A stretch of 64,000 nt of DNA from Acanthaster planci (GCF_001949145.1 NW_019091362.1:2549838-2613837); one strand, 5' to 3'; positions 43,205 to 55,906 are shown, counted from the first letter of the stretch. Notes: generated from the letters alone by a model not told the origin. Numbers and translations: made by a program.

Positions 43205-43220
43205 TCAATAGAGGGCGCTA
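43205..43220 (+). promoter_or_regulatory. Candidate CTCF site (plus orientation)
   Basis: TCAATAGAGGGCGCTA core, preceded by CTGCAATAG, which resembles the upstream module of extended CTCF sites. Confidence 0.3.
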
Positions 43221-45088
43221 TATCAATCAGTGAAGGGAAAAGACTCAGAGCTCAGCTACAAGTCTGGCGGACTGTCATCTTTCCCAAAAGCAGTCATGTC
43301 TCACTGGGACTGCCACTCATGTACATGTATGTAGATTGATGTTCTAAATGGATATGAAATGCCAGTACATGAACACATGAAATCACTGACCTTTTATTAA
43401 GTGCACAGAGAGAAAAGGTTAAACCAGATTAACATCACACATCAAGGAATCATGCCTCAGTCATAAATGTTTAAGCACAACTTCAGAAAGGTAATCAAAA
43501 TTAAATTATTTGTACATTTACTAGAATTTGTATTATATGCTTGGGAAATTCGCTGATGTACATAGTTGGTTTCACACGAAACAAAACCTGGATGTACCGG
43601 GTAAACCTAAAAATCAATTTGTAGTTGTTTGTTTCTTGTTTTGTTCTTTTTTTCCCTTTTTGTCAAGTTGCTTACCATAGTTTTGTTCCTCTTTCCTTTT
43701 CCACTATAATACCGGTACTTCATTGAAAAATATCTTTCATCCGGACAGTAAAATGATTCACCAGGTAAAAATACATAATATTTAGACACTGTAAGAAAAC
43801 AAAGCAAACAACCTCACAACCTGAACTCACCCACAGTGCTGTTCATCTAAAAACAGCTTGCTGTAACATCATGTACCGGTAATAAACATCCCAACCCTCA
43901 TCAATGTTTCCGAGTTTCCGGACACAGATTGTGGTAACACTTGAATTTCCTTACTACTGATTTTCCCAGAATATTAGTCAAGGAGTGATGTAGTAAAGAC
44001 ACAACAGAGTCTCTGCCTTCACCAACCTCAGAGTCTAACAGAAACAAGTTGTGAAGACTTTGTTCTCGTTTTCCAATCCAATCCATTCGAATAATGCTGT
44101 AAAGACAACATACCATTTTTATTATCATCAAGAAAGTCTTCACCATTTAACATCTGATGTTTTATCTAACCACAATGTTTATAAATTCATTGACCGATCC
44201 TTCAGAATGGAGCTCAGGAAACTTTTTATCACCACAACAGGAAATATAAATTTGGGCCAGTGTTTGAGTGACATGATCCTGTGGTCGCAAACCAGGAGGT
44301 TAATAAACTCCATCTTAATGGTCTTAAGTTTGTAAATATGGAAACAAAGTTGCTTGATTTACAAAGCCTACACCTTCTCTTCAAGGATTTTAAAGGATTC
44401 TTCACAACACAGGAGTACGCTGATCAGATTTAAATGCATTCATAGCTTCTGGTTTTGAACCACAAAATGAAAATGTACATAAAATTCACTGTATATTAAA
44501 TTCCAAGTAAAAGGGAAAGCAAGAATATAAAACTACTATTTTGTAATCATTTATCTTGAATAACACTTTCACTTTGAGCCAGTATGACAGTCAATTCCAT
44601 CACAAGTCCCTTAAGTCCACCATAAGCCACCATTTCAAGTCACAGAGGAAGTGTGACACAAGCATTCCTTTGTTACTGTTCACCTAGTTACTTGTGGTTT
44701 GTTTAGTGAAAAGACTTGCACCTGGACTTCTGAATGGCCTTGGGATGGACATGACTACAACACTGCTTTCAGCCATTCCCTTTGACTAATCCAGAAATGC
44801 AAATTAATAACAAAGGCATTTTTTTGTTAGGATTGTTCAGTTTGCCGACAACTTTGAGGGATTTTGGGTTTCAAAGCTTATCCTTCCTGTCCCCTGTGTT
44901 ATCTTATGGTTCTCTGTTCAAAATCGATGCCATCCTATCCAAACGATTTGTAAAATTTCCAAAGCGGGCACATTTTAGTTTCTGGCTACAGATTACAGAA
45001 ACTGGAGCCATAGTGGCACAGTCGACTTTGTCAAACCCTGACAAGCATCCAACAAGTAATTTTTTCCTGGCTGGCCACCAGGACTTAC

Positions 45089-45228
45089 TTCGGGCTAGCA
45101 GCAAGTATGTCTGTTTCTTTTTGTCAAAGTTTATTTTGGAAGAGTTTTATGAGAAGCATTTTGAGGTGTTCACTGGAGAATTTTGTAAGTGCTCTTGGTT
45201 CTTCTTCTTAAAGTAAGCCTCCATTTCC
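45089..45228 (-). other. Candidate non-coding (5' UTR or lncRNA) exon
   Basis: Minus strand shows a long T-rich tract, then ...TCACTTCAG|GGAAATGG, a purine-rich body (AAGAAGAAGAA) and donor GAA|GTAAGT. All three frames contain stops. No transcript evidence. Confidence 0.25.
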
Positions 45229-45377
45229 CTGAAGTGATTTCTTAGTTAAAAGAACCAAAAACAAGCAAACAATAATCAATTATCAACCAAATAGTCATTG
45301 CAGGCCGAATAAAAAGTACAGACACTGAAACACAGAGTCCCATCACTTGACTCCAGTTAATAACCACCCCAAACCTA

Positions 45378-45577
45378 TGGTATTCGCGGGGTGCCCAATT
45401 TTAGTCATATTCCTGAACGTATCTTATACATTTGCAACCCTTAGTGAGATGGTACCAGGTGATTCTGGGGGTTGGATTGAAATCGTAGAATAGAGTCTGG
45501 TTCTTTATATTTAATGTTTTCAAATGAATACACTTCGTTGGGGAATTAGACTGAAATTGGGTTCCCCGCGAATGCAG
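45378..45577. mobile_element. MITE with ~42-bp TIRs, possibly Tc1/mariner-related
   Basis: Left TIR TGGTATTCGCGGGGTGCCCAATTTTAGTCATATTCCTGAACG is the imperfect reverse complement of the right TIR CGTTGGGGAATTAGACTGAAATTGGGTTCCCCGCGAATGCAG. The left end is preceded by TA. Confidence 0.75.
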
Positions 45578-45693
45578 TCTATTATTAACAAGTTTGTCCT
45601 GCTCACTACAGGTACGTTGGGGAATCTGACTGAAATTGGGTCCTCCGCGAATACAATCTATTATTAACAAGTTTGTCCTGCTCACTACAGGTA
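45536..45693. repeat. 79-bp tandem duplication of the MITE right TIR plus flank
   Basis: Units 45536-45614 and 45615-45693 differ at 6 positions, all within the first 42 bp. Confidence 0.95.
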
Positions 45694-47759
45694 ACCACCT
45701 TTTTTACAAAAGCAAGAGATAACTTTAGAAACCTCATGAAACATGTTTTTATCCTCAGCTGAGTGGAAGGCAATGACCTGTCAATTATTCAAACCTATAA
45801 AACACACGGAAATCAAACAATTTAGTAAGGGCACTTACCTTCACTCCTCCCAAGTCCGAAAGACCTCAGTGGCACCAATTCAGAAAATGAAAGTCTTCAG
45901 TTTAAACAGAGACATGAATTTTTAAAGTCTTGTGCTCCAGAAGTGATGTAGTCCTGTCACGGTGACTACCACAAGATAGGATGGTCTGCCGGTAGGTCCA
46001 GCATCCACCATTGCCAGATCATAGAAAGTTTATTTGATCAAATACCCAACCCACACAATCGCCTGGGGCTTACCAAAAAGTGAAGCAACCCCAACAAACT
46101 TTTGGGGATTTGGCAATGACACCACAAATCCTTGACTAGTCTTGTGTTGAGGTTGAGGATTGGTGGTCGGTCCAGAGAAACCACAGTGCAATCAGGAAAA
46201 CAGGAGAAAACAGAGACCAGCTGTTTGCCTTAACCTGGCTAAAAGCCCTCAAGGAGCGGAAAGCCATTACCTTGTCGGTTCCTATGAACTTCAGGGCTGT
46301 GGTGAAGTTTGCTTGTCAGCAGCTTGGCCATAGGGTAACAGACACACTCAATGAAATTGGGCATCAAAATGACAGGTAGGTCTGCCATCTCCGGAGTTCT
46401 CTTCAGTCAGAAATTGAGCTTTATAATCTGTGCGCAAATTATCACTGCTTCAAAAAGACCACTGTATCAAAACAAAATTGTAAAAAACTTGTTTCTTACT
46501 TGGAGACACTTTTGCAAAAGGTAAACTTCAGTATAAACGGCATAGCGCATAAAAGCATTGTTATCTGCGGTTTTATGATCTACATGTACCGGTACATGTA
46601 CCTTTATGATGATTTAGCACAACAAATAAGTACAGATTTATTCGTAGTCACAAGAACCTTCTTCCTGGATTTGCAATCAAATCACTGCCCCGGGCCTTCG
46701 ATCAGAATAATAAATAGACCAACTTGCCTAATCCTCATCATTTATTTCCGAACACACACACACACAAAATCCACCACAAACCTGACCCCAGGGAGAAAAA
46801 ATAAACACCATATAATATTACAGTTTCGGAATAATTGTGACCGGACTGTTCAACCCACAACCTTGTCAGACACTGCAGAATATTTCACAAGTGTAGCTAA
46901 ATCCTTTCAAAGAAGGCCGCAGGCCACATTATACAAGCCACGATGAAAAATGCGTTGGTGGGGCAGGCGTCATGTTACTTGACAGCAAATTGCAGGAAAA
47001 TGTCTCTCAAGTGTCCAGGCATTCACTGTTAATCATCAGTCAGGAGTAAAGAATGTTTAGCTAGGTTTGATTTTCAATGTCTGGAACAATTTCAGACAAA
47101 TAAAACATTTGGGATGAAGGCGGTTCTGCCTGTTGAGGTCACTGAACACTTTAGAGGAAAAATGGCACCCCCTCTCGACTCCATTTAGTAAAGAGAGAAA
47201 CTGCATAATATGTACTTGGTTTTTCTCCTTGCTGGAACGAGAGATGGCGTGCTTTGACATAGCAGCAATAGTCATTTGGTGGTGACTCACCACATGCACA
47301 CAAGTTTACACACATATGGTGCAAGACATGCTAAGTATGCATTTACCACCTTGTGTTCATCACAAACACCTCGGTGTGTGCTAGTTGCTCGAGTGGAACA
47401 ACTCATCCCCCACCCCTGCCCCACCAGCCTCTCCTTTGCTGATGAGGGGGAGGCTTCAAGTTGGAGCTAATAAGATTTATGTGAGAATATCATGGATGGA
47501 CTGCGCCTGGTCTACAAGAGCCAGTGATAAAGGGCATACAACATCCATACTCCTTCATGGGCACATGGCACAGATTTATTTGACATTAATTTTCATCTGA
47601 TTGGGCACAAACTCACATCTTTTCGGAGTAACAGTGCACCTGGACATGGATGCATAGCTGAAATGCCACAGCAGAGTCTTTAACAGGCATTTTTTCTTCC
47701 CCCCACCGATTGAGCACTTTTGTATACAACGTCTCAGGTCCTGTAACAGGTCTTGAATG

Positions 47760-47934
47760 AATACGGGCGATTCACAATAGTGCGTCTCTATGAGTATGCA
47801 ATGCGTTGACCAATCACTGTGTGCGAAATCTGTCAACCCTTTCCAAACGCGCACTGGGTCGACAGATTCCGTGCATTGTGATTGGTCAACGCGTTGCAAA
47901 CTCTTGGAACGCACTATTGTAAAATGCCCGTATT
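47760..47934 (-). mobile_element. Palindromic MITE, copy 2 (~175 bp), inverted relative to copy 1
   Basis: Termini AATACGGGCGATTCACAATAGTGCG / CGCACTATTGTAAAATGCCCGTATT. Its centre TCAACCCTTTCCAAACGCGCACTGGGTCG matches the reverse complement of the copy 1 centre. Confidence 0.85.
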
Positions 47935-50337
47935 GTTGAATTGTAAAAGTCACTTTGACCTTACCAAAAAACGCCAAGGCTGATCTTTCATAACAAAACT
48001 TAACTGTTCAATGTACACAGTGCAACTGTAATGTTGCAGGCAAGTTCGTCATAGGACTATCACAAGTCAGGTCAGAAGTAGGCCTCAAACTCTGCAGACA
48101 AGTAATAACAAAGGCATACCATTGTCCCTGTTAATTTGAATAGTTTGTGACTTGCATACTCAAGACTAGATAATGGGTGTCACAAGGATTGTTGGGGGAG
48201 GGGGAAACAAACTACTTTTTATGGGGGGAGGATTTCCAGAGTCAGGGGGCAACAGATACAGATAATTAACAATTACTAGTGGGAGTGGGCCAATTTGCAT
48301 TATTTGTATTATTTTTTTTCAAGCAACTTGGTGATTTTCATCCCCTTTTGTCTCTATTTTTCTTTTTTTTAACTTTTTCCTCAGTTTTCCTTCCCTTTTT
48401 TATTTCTATTATTTTTGAATTTTTTCCAGGGAGGGACAATACCCTCTCACGATGCCTATGGACCGAATGACTTGGGATTGGACTTGACTTAACCACTTCC
48501 CTTTAAAACACGACATCAGCTCCCTGCTCTCTTCATTCCAGCACAGCTAGAAAAGTGCACTCTGATCTGCCGATCTCCTGGGTGAAATTATGGTACCAGG
48601 ATCCTATACCACAGCACCCCAGAGGGACTCCCAACCCTCCAATAAGATGGGCTGAAACCAAAGGAGCGCCTCAAAGCTCAGTCAACCCATTACTCTCCCC
48701 TCCACCCAACATCTCCCCACAGGCAAATTACACACGCCCCCAATGCCAATGCCCCCTCTGACAATTCTTTTCCTACCACCGCTGGTACCGGTAGGCTGGG
48801 TGACCAGTGTTTGCCAGCAGAAATAACAAAGATGTCAAAGTCATTGACTTGTGCACCCCTTGTAATCTGATTATTAACACTCCCAACTCATGGCCTGCAG
48901 AATTGATAGCCTACTCAGACCACCTTATGACAGACACTTCACATAACACTGGGCAGACTGAGAAATTCTGTCACTATCTACTTTTTTTAATCATGAAGCA
49001 TTCCATCTTCAGCACGCAAACTGTAGGCTTTTCACAAAGCAAATTGAAATTATAAGACATTGATTTTTCAGATAGAACACTTCTGATATATTTTACTACT
49101 GCCTATAGACTTAAAAACTTTGACTTGGAATAATCGAAAACAAATATGACAATAAATTCCCCAGCTGGGCAGTATCAGAACAAATTAGCAAACTTCACAT
49201 GACCTTCATTCATTATTCATGTGTGTGAGCAATGTCCTAGTGCCACAAGCGATCATATGTCCACTGGTGTCAATTGCATTGACAACTGCCGTGACAAATA
49301 CTGACTGACAGGGAAACTAGGACTCCAGCAAAGACAATTAAAACATGCAGTCAAAGTATATGTCCAAAGTCACTTCATCCTGTGAATCAACCACTGCATG
49401 ATTCTTAGAAACTTTTTTAGACAGAGATCGCTTGTCCAAATAAAACTGCCCTGGTAACTTTTAGTGGGCAGAAGTGACGAGTAAAAGTAATTAACCAGCT
49501 TGAAAAAAAAAAACTGAAATGAAAGTTCATCTTCCCCAACTGGGGCTGACGTTGATGCGCAAAAGTCTCACTAAGTACAACAACCCACAAAATATTACCA
49601 ACAAATACTGTTTTTACAAAAGACTCCTTTGCCAACATAGATGCACATGCTGGGAAATGTCAGTGTATGTGACATTTACAAATTTGTTCAGATTATCCAT
49701 AAAAACCAGTCTGCCCAATGTCAGGCAGGGTGCCTTAATCAACTCCGTTTGAATCAACTCTTTGTTCTCATTATAAATCACCCCCATGACCTATGACACA
49801 CAGAGCAACGACCTCGGCCATGCCCACACGGATTGAAGTTTGCCGAACCACAAATTCCAGTTCAAGTTCAGGGAATTTTGAGGAAGAGAAAGAGTTGGTG
49901 GCCAGATTTCAGAGAGGGGTGACTGGGCCGGATGAACTGACAGACAGAATTTTCAACTGCTGCAGACTCCCAAGGGCACCATGGATGCTTGGTAGACACT
50001 CATTACAAGTGGCAGATGGGGCTGAGGTGAAGGGAAATCCTACCAAATTTCTGCAGGATGTTGCTTAAAATCCACAGAAAAAAACAGGTTACAAAAAAAG
50101 TTTACATTATGTCTCTTGGAAAAGTACACATGACATCAATAAGATGACCATCACTTTAAAAAAAAGTCAATAAAATATTCTGGGAATAAAAATACCAATG
50201 TCATCCTGTGAACAAAATATTGTTTTATGTCACCGAATAAATGCATTATGTCACATGGCAAAAATACACTAAACAAACAAATGGCTGGCTAGACCAGTTT
50301 TTCCACTGCCTGCCTTAATTGAGGTTACCCACCTCAC

Positions 50338-50390
50338 CAATATCAGTGACCAGCTCTCAGCCTATATTTGGCTCATGTTGCCACCTCATA
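50338..50390 (-). other. Candidate 53-nt non-coding or cryptic exon
   Basis: Minus strand shows branch-point-like CCTAAT, then TTTTTTCTTGAATTTTGTTTTCAG|TATGAG...ATTG|GTGAGG. Stops occur in all three frames. Confidence 0.22.
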
Positions 50391-53300
50391 CTGAAAACAA
50401 AATTCAAGAAAAAAATTAGGCCTACAGAAACCCCAAAATTTGTTTATAGCTCTTGTTGAGAATGTTCTGATCATTAATGAAAGCCACAAAATAGAAGACA
50501 GACTAATTTAGAGGAAACGGATCTACAATAAATGTACCATAAGACTACGGGCATATGGAACTTTTTAAGGCTTCTGGGCTCTGTCTGCCGACATACTTAC
50601 ATTTGCTCCAGGGACTTTTCTTTTTTTCAAACATCACTGCCAGCTCCTTCTCATTCCCAACCCAGGGGAAACCCCAGGCTAGACCACCCTCCATTCCGAT
50701 TTCCACCAGACCCTGAAACCCGCCACATGCCTCAGTCGCCAACTTGAGAATGAGCAGACAGACAAACCAGGATGCCACCAATTATCTGAGGGTGCATTCA
50801 TCATCAGCAGAAGGGGGACACTTGGAACACTGTTTGGTGGGCCAAACAAGTGAAAAACCTGACTACAGTATAGTTTCCTCTTCAGCCAACAGTCTTTAAA
50901 ACGAACATGCTCGATGAAGGATTTCCATCAGCATATCCTCCCATCCGCATTTTGAAGTATTTTGGACAGCAGAGGGCATAATACAAGCAATCTAAGTCCA
51001 AATTTTGTTCTCTTCCTTCATTTTTACCTTGATCAGGAATGAAACTGAAGGAAAATTAAATATCCACAAAATAATCAGCTGAGGGTTTGAGGGCCCCACA
51101 GCTGCATGGAGTTTATGCCATACATTGTGTTTGCCTACATGTATCAGCACCCCTCAAAATACCCATTTCTTGTACTCAAAATTAATTTTTATATGTAAAA
51201 AAATATTTTAGCAAAATTTTCCAGATTTTAAAAGAGAAGTTTTGAAATCCTGAAATCAGGAAAAATCTTGACAAAATCTCAACCCCACTCAATTAACCTA
51301 TGCATATTATGCAGAATTAGAAAGCCAAACATCTAATAGGAAAATTTGGTTCAAACATGGCTGGAATCAGAAACAATAATTAAAAACTTTCTCTGGATGT
51401 TGGATTCTATGTGATAAAGAAGGATTGACAAGTTTGTATTCACTGAGATAGAGTGTATCCAATTAAAAAATTGTGACATTAATTACTTGCAAAAAGGAAC
51501 TGCTCAAATGCCATGGCATAACGTATTGCCTACAGCTACACAAACTTCATGTCCACAACTGACAACCATTTACAAGTCACATGAGACAGACTAAATGATA
51601 GTGAATGACAACTTGGGGAATTGTAGTCAATTTCCGTGTCCAGGAACAGAAGTCAAAGAATCGAGAACCACAGGCCTTCCCAGTAACTGACAGGAATTAT
51701 TCCATGTGCTACCAAACAATAAAAAGCCAGCTGTTCTACTTCGTAAATTATCAACACCTGCACAAATGCACAGGAGAAAGAACACTGCCATTTGAAAATA
51801 AAAGATGGGATATTCTGCTAAAAAAGTACACTGACACAATCAGGTGAATCCATTTATAGTGCATCTGTCCTTTATGCAAATGCAAGCTGTTAACTGGTGG
51901 TACTAGACAAAAAAAGATAATGTACCTGCAAAACCCAATGACAGAATTCATTCAAAATGCTTACTGACATTTTATGACATTTTTCCCTATTAGCTATTGT
52001 GCTAGACTTCCAAGGTTTTGACAGATGCTACAAAACGTGGAGAAATACCGGCAGGACAATTTACAACAGAAACGTGCTAATTTTGCATGCACAGTTACCA
52101 CTGTACCTGATCACAATTCGACGTAAACTAAAGTGCAATGAATCTGGCAAGGTTAGTGTGTGCACAAGTAATAATCAATACCTGTTACAGGAACCAAATG
52201 CACTTCTATAGTACAGTAACCTGCAACAACTATGCATGTCATAGTCGAGGGAATGACCTCACAAATTACTTTATTGTATTTCTGCATGTACACGTAGTTT
52301 GTTTCATATTTCAGGAATATGGATACAATGAACAGGTGGGAAAAAATAGTGCAGTTCTAACCAAAATTTGCAAATATGACAATCTGGTAAATGTTTGAAC
52401 TTTGTCTCCAATAGATAATCCAATTGTCCAATAGAATCCTGCAGTTCTGGCTTCAGGTACAATGTATATTTCATTTTCAACAATCTATTTTGCAAAGAAA
52501 ATTTTGACAATCAACAAGTATTAACTTTGGAGCCTTCCAGAACAAAGCAAAACATCAGAAGTCTGGTAAACTGGCCCAACGGTATGAGGCTAGAATTAAA
52601 TTCATCACATCTTGCAGAACGCTCAAGCGTAAGCCATTTTCACACAAAATGAAATATTTGTCATTATGGTGCATCACCAAATGCTCAAAAAGGGCCTACG
52701 TCCCCATGCGACTTCAGACAGCCGACAACGGCCCTATTAACTTCAGGTGAAAGTCCACTCCTCTGAGGACTTCGCCACTGTCCCACACCATGGGTTGGGT
52801 TTCTGCAATAACTGGGTCCTTAGATGAAAATGGCATGCCCTGAATCCAGATTATGAGGATATGACTGGGCCAGATGGGATAACAAATGTTGACATAAGAG
52901 GCACTCGGCTTGACTATTCCCTGGCATTTCTCGAGGGATCTGTCCCAATAACAAGTACTGGTTATTGATTTCTATTTTACTTAATTATTATTTCTAACGT
53001 TCGTGACTATGTATGTCATTTCAAAAATCAACCTACAGACTCATTGAACAATTTCCTTTTTTTTTTCTCTCAGCTCTCAGAATTATCTGATATGAAGATT
53101 TTGAGAAACGATTTATCACAGGGAAAAGTTCGACTTCCTGCATGTTTTGGATGATTACTTCGTACTCTCATTTCATTTGTGGAATCCAACAAAATACAAG
53201 AGCTTGTCAAGCATGCCAAACAAAACTGCAGTATTTGATAAAGCCCACAACTTACGGCAGTGAACAGAGACAGAAGTGACACTAGTCAACAAGTCTAAAA

Positions 53301-53418
53301 TTGGCTCAAATTAAAGAAAAACAAACTGCCCATTAATGGTTGAAGCAAAAGTAAAATACTAGCAAATAAAAACAACTGACCCAAAGTCCAAGAAATAATT
53401 CTCTCGACAGCAGCTTAC

Positions 53419-53492
53419 CTTCTGCAAAGCCTGGATGGCCCTTTCAAATGAAACCAGTCACTTGATGAATATTGATGAACTTGATGGGCAAG
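53419..53492 (-). other. Candidate 74-nt exon
   Basis: Minus strand reads CATATTTCTGCAG|CTTGCC...GCAGAAG|GTAAGC. One frame is open (LAHQVHQYSSSDWFHLKGPSRLCR) but is not recognisable. Confidence 0.2.
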
Positions 53493-53934
53493 CTGCAGAA
53501 ATATGAACTGCTACCGACTGGCAGGAATGTATGAGTATCACACTCCAAAATCATTCAAAGGTATATAAGTAGACATAACAACATTTGAAAGTGATCCGCT
53601 TAATGCCAGCAACCACCACCAACTCAATACTAACATGGGTTAAGGAATCATAACACCACAAGTGCACGGTGTGATGTTATGGAACACAGCACATGGCACA
53701 GTGTTATGACTGACTCTGCAGTAAGTTACACGCATGATTATACCTGCAACTGTGGATGATACCACTTTCAGATATGGGTGTGTGCCGCAGGGATCGGCGC
53801 CGTGTGTCAATTTCACACGCACTCCGTATTCCTGTGTGGGATGTGACTGTGTGCCATTCCCATAGTTTAATCAGAACCATTAGAAATGTTTTGATGAAGT
53901 AATAGAGACATGCTCCAGTTGTAGGCTTCTGTTT

Positions 53935-54014
53935 TACCGGTACATATACTAGTACATGTACATGTACAGGGTGTACATGTAACATGTATGTACTTGTACA
54001 TGTACACATGTATG
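53935..54014. repeat. Low-complexity cluster of TACATG/TACCGG/TACTAG units
   Basis: TACCGGTACATATACTAGTACATGTACATGTACAGGGTGTACATGTAACATGTATGTACTTGTACATGTACACATGTATG. Confidence 0.75.
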
Positions 54015-55800
54015 TCAAAAGTCCAAGCATTGAGTAAGTCATCTCGTGATACTGGTGTCTGTCCTGGCTGTTAGCCACGAGAACACTGGCTCACAAACAG
54101 GTCTCTTGGAGGCTGCTTCAAGACACATGTGCAATGGAGGGGGCAAGACAGTAGCAAAATTACATCACAAAAACTAATGTGAGCATCATAGCTGATGTAC
54201 GATTAAGCTGATACTAAACAGGCCTCATTCCAATGGTGCACCTGACTAAATTACCGTAACTTGATTGCATTTCACTTCCGTCTTCTTAGCAGGCAACAAG
54301 ACATCTGCATATATCAGTACTTTAGGCAGGATTTTAAAAGTAAAAAAAGTCCACGAACATACCCCTTTACCTTTCTGTTTCCCACAATACCCAACAAAAA
54401 CAAAAATGTGGCAATCCATTTGATTCAATCTGTGATCATGACGTATGTAAATCCAGTGTACACATGTACATGGGGAGGCTCTCTTTATCAACATTGACTC
54501 TTTTTGTCATCCATCTTAGACAAACATTCAGTCTCCCACAATGATTCTCCTCCCCCCCCCGGATTCCTATTTGTATCTGGTGGAACCACCTGAGAGGGGG
54601 ATAGCCCACAATGCACGGGTATCCTTTAACCCGGAGAACCTGCGGAGGCTTCCTTGCCTAATATTAAGCCATAATTGGCTGTTTTGTTGGGAAGTGGCAT
54701 TAAGTGTACGCCATGCAAAGAAATGATGACACAAATATGGGGGTGTCTCAGATGACAGTAGTCTTTCCTTGAGGGCGCTCTTTGAAGGGACTTTTCACAT
54801 AGCCTGTTTTACAGGTTGGCAGACATTACTAACAAACTACTTGTACCAAAAAAGGGTTTTCAAAAAATAATGCTAGAAAAGTGTACATATTCCCTAAAGT
54901 TCACCCTGAACAAGTTTACCCCAGTCTAATGAGTAGACAACCATTAACTTCAAGGATGTAAATTCTTCAAGTCTCCAGATCCTAGGTAAAAATAACAGGG
55001 CCTAAATTAAATCCTCTGTGGCCTCCACTTGATCCTTTTACACACCCGACTGACTTTCAATCACATCTTTCGGACTGCGTTTGTAAACAGAACCAACTCC
55101 AATCCAAAACTTCCTTTCTGCAGAGGTGAGAAGAGTCATTTACTGCAACCAACAACAAGCTGTACCAGAATAATGCAAACCTCCCTAAACTAGATGATTT
55201 GAATAGTCACCCGGCCTCGCTCCACAATGGTGGTCTAATGCCATCAGGAAATTGAGCATGCAGGACAAAACGTCCCTCTGAACTCTGAGTTACCTTGGCG
55301 TGCTTTGCTGAGCTCTCCATTCACCAAGCTCCCTATTAACCGACCTCGGTAATGCCTCCAATCCACACGATCCACCCCACCCACCTCACCCACCTTCTCG
55401 TCCCATCTACATGTTGGTTGAAAACCTAAAGAAAATGTTTTCTTTTCACTTGTTCCAGGTAAACGCAGTAATGTAGAACGATGCTCATCTGCATCTTTAT
55501 CATAATCAAAGAGGCTATTTTCCAGGTAAATGAACTGTTTACCTCAGAAGCCAGTAAGTTACTGTAACATAAGAAACAGTTTCAGGCTGCCTCAGTGTGA
55601 GACTAAGAGAGCCTACATGTACTTTCAAACAGAAATATGTTTCCATTTAGAGAAACAAAGGGGGGGTGCTTTCAAGTTGTTATTCTTTTTTCACTGCAAT
55701 CAAGAACTGCAACAAGAAAATCCAACAGGTGTCTTGGACCAAAGAATATGATTACCCAGGACCCTTCTCTCCAAATCACATCTTTCCCACTAAAGGGCAA

Positions 55801-55906
55801 GGATTAATATAACTGTTAACTGCTCATACCCACTGAGCACCAAGAATTCAGGGATAATCCTATTAAGTTAGCTTAGACCAGTTAATCTTAATCCCTATTG
55901 TAATCC
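55801..55906. promoter_or_regulatory. Homotypic cluster of K50-homeodomain (Otx/Pitx/Gsc-type) sites, candidate enhancer
   Basis: GGATTA at 55801; TAATCC at 55855, 55889 and 55901; TAATCT at 55883. All lie within 106 bp. Confidence 0.4.
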
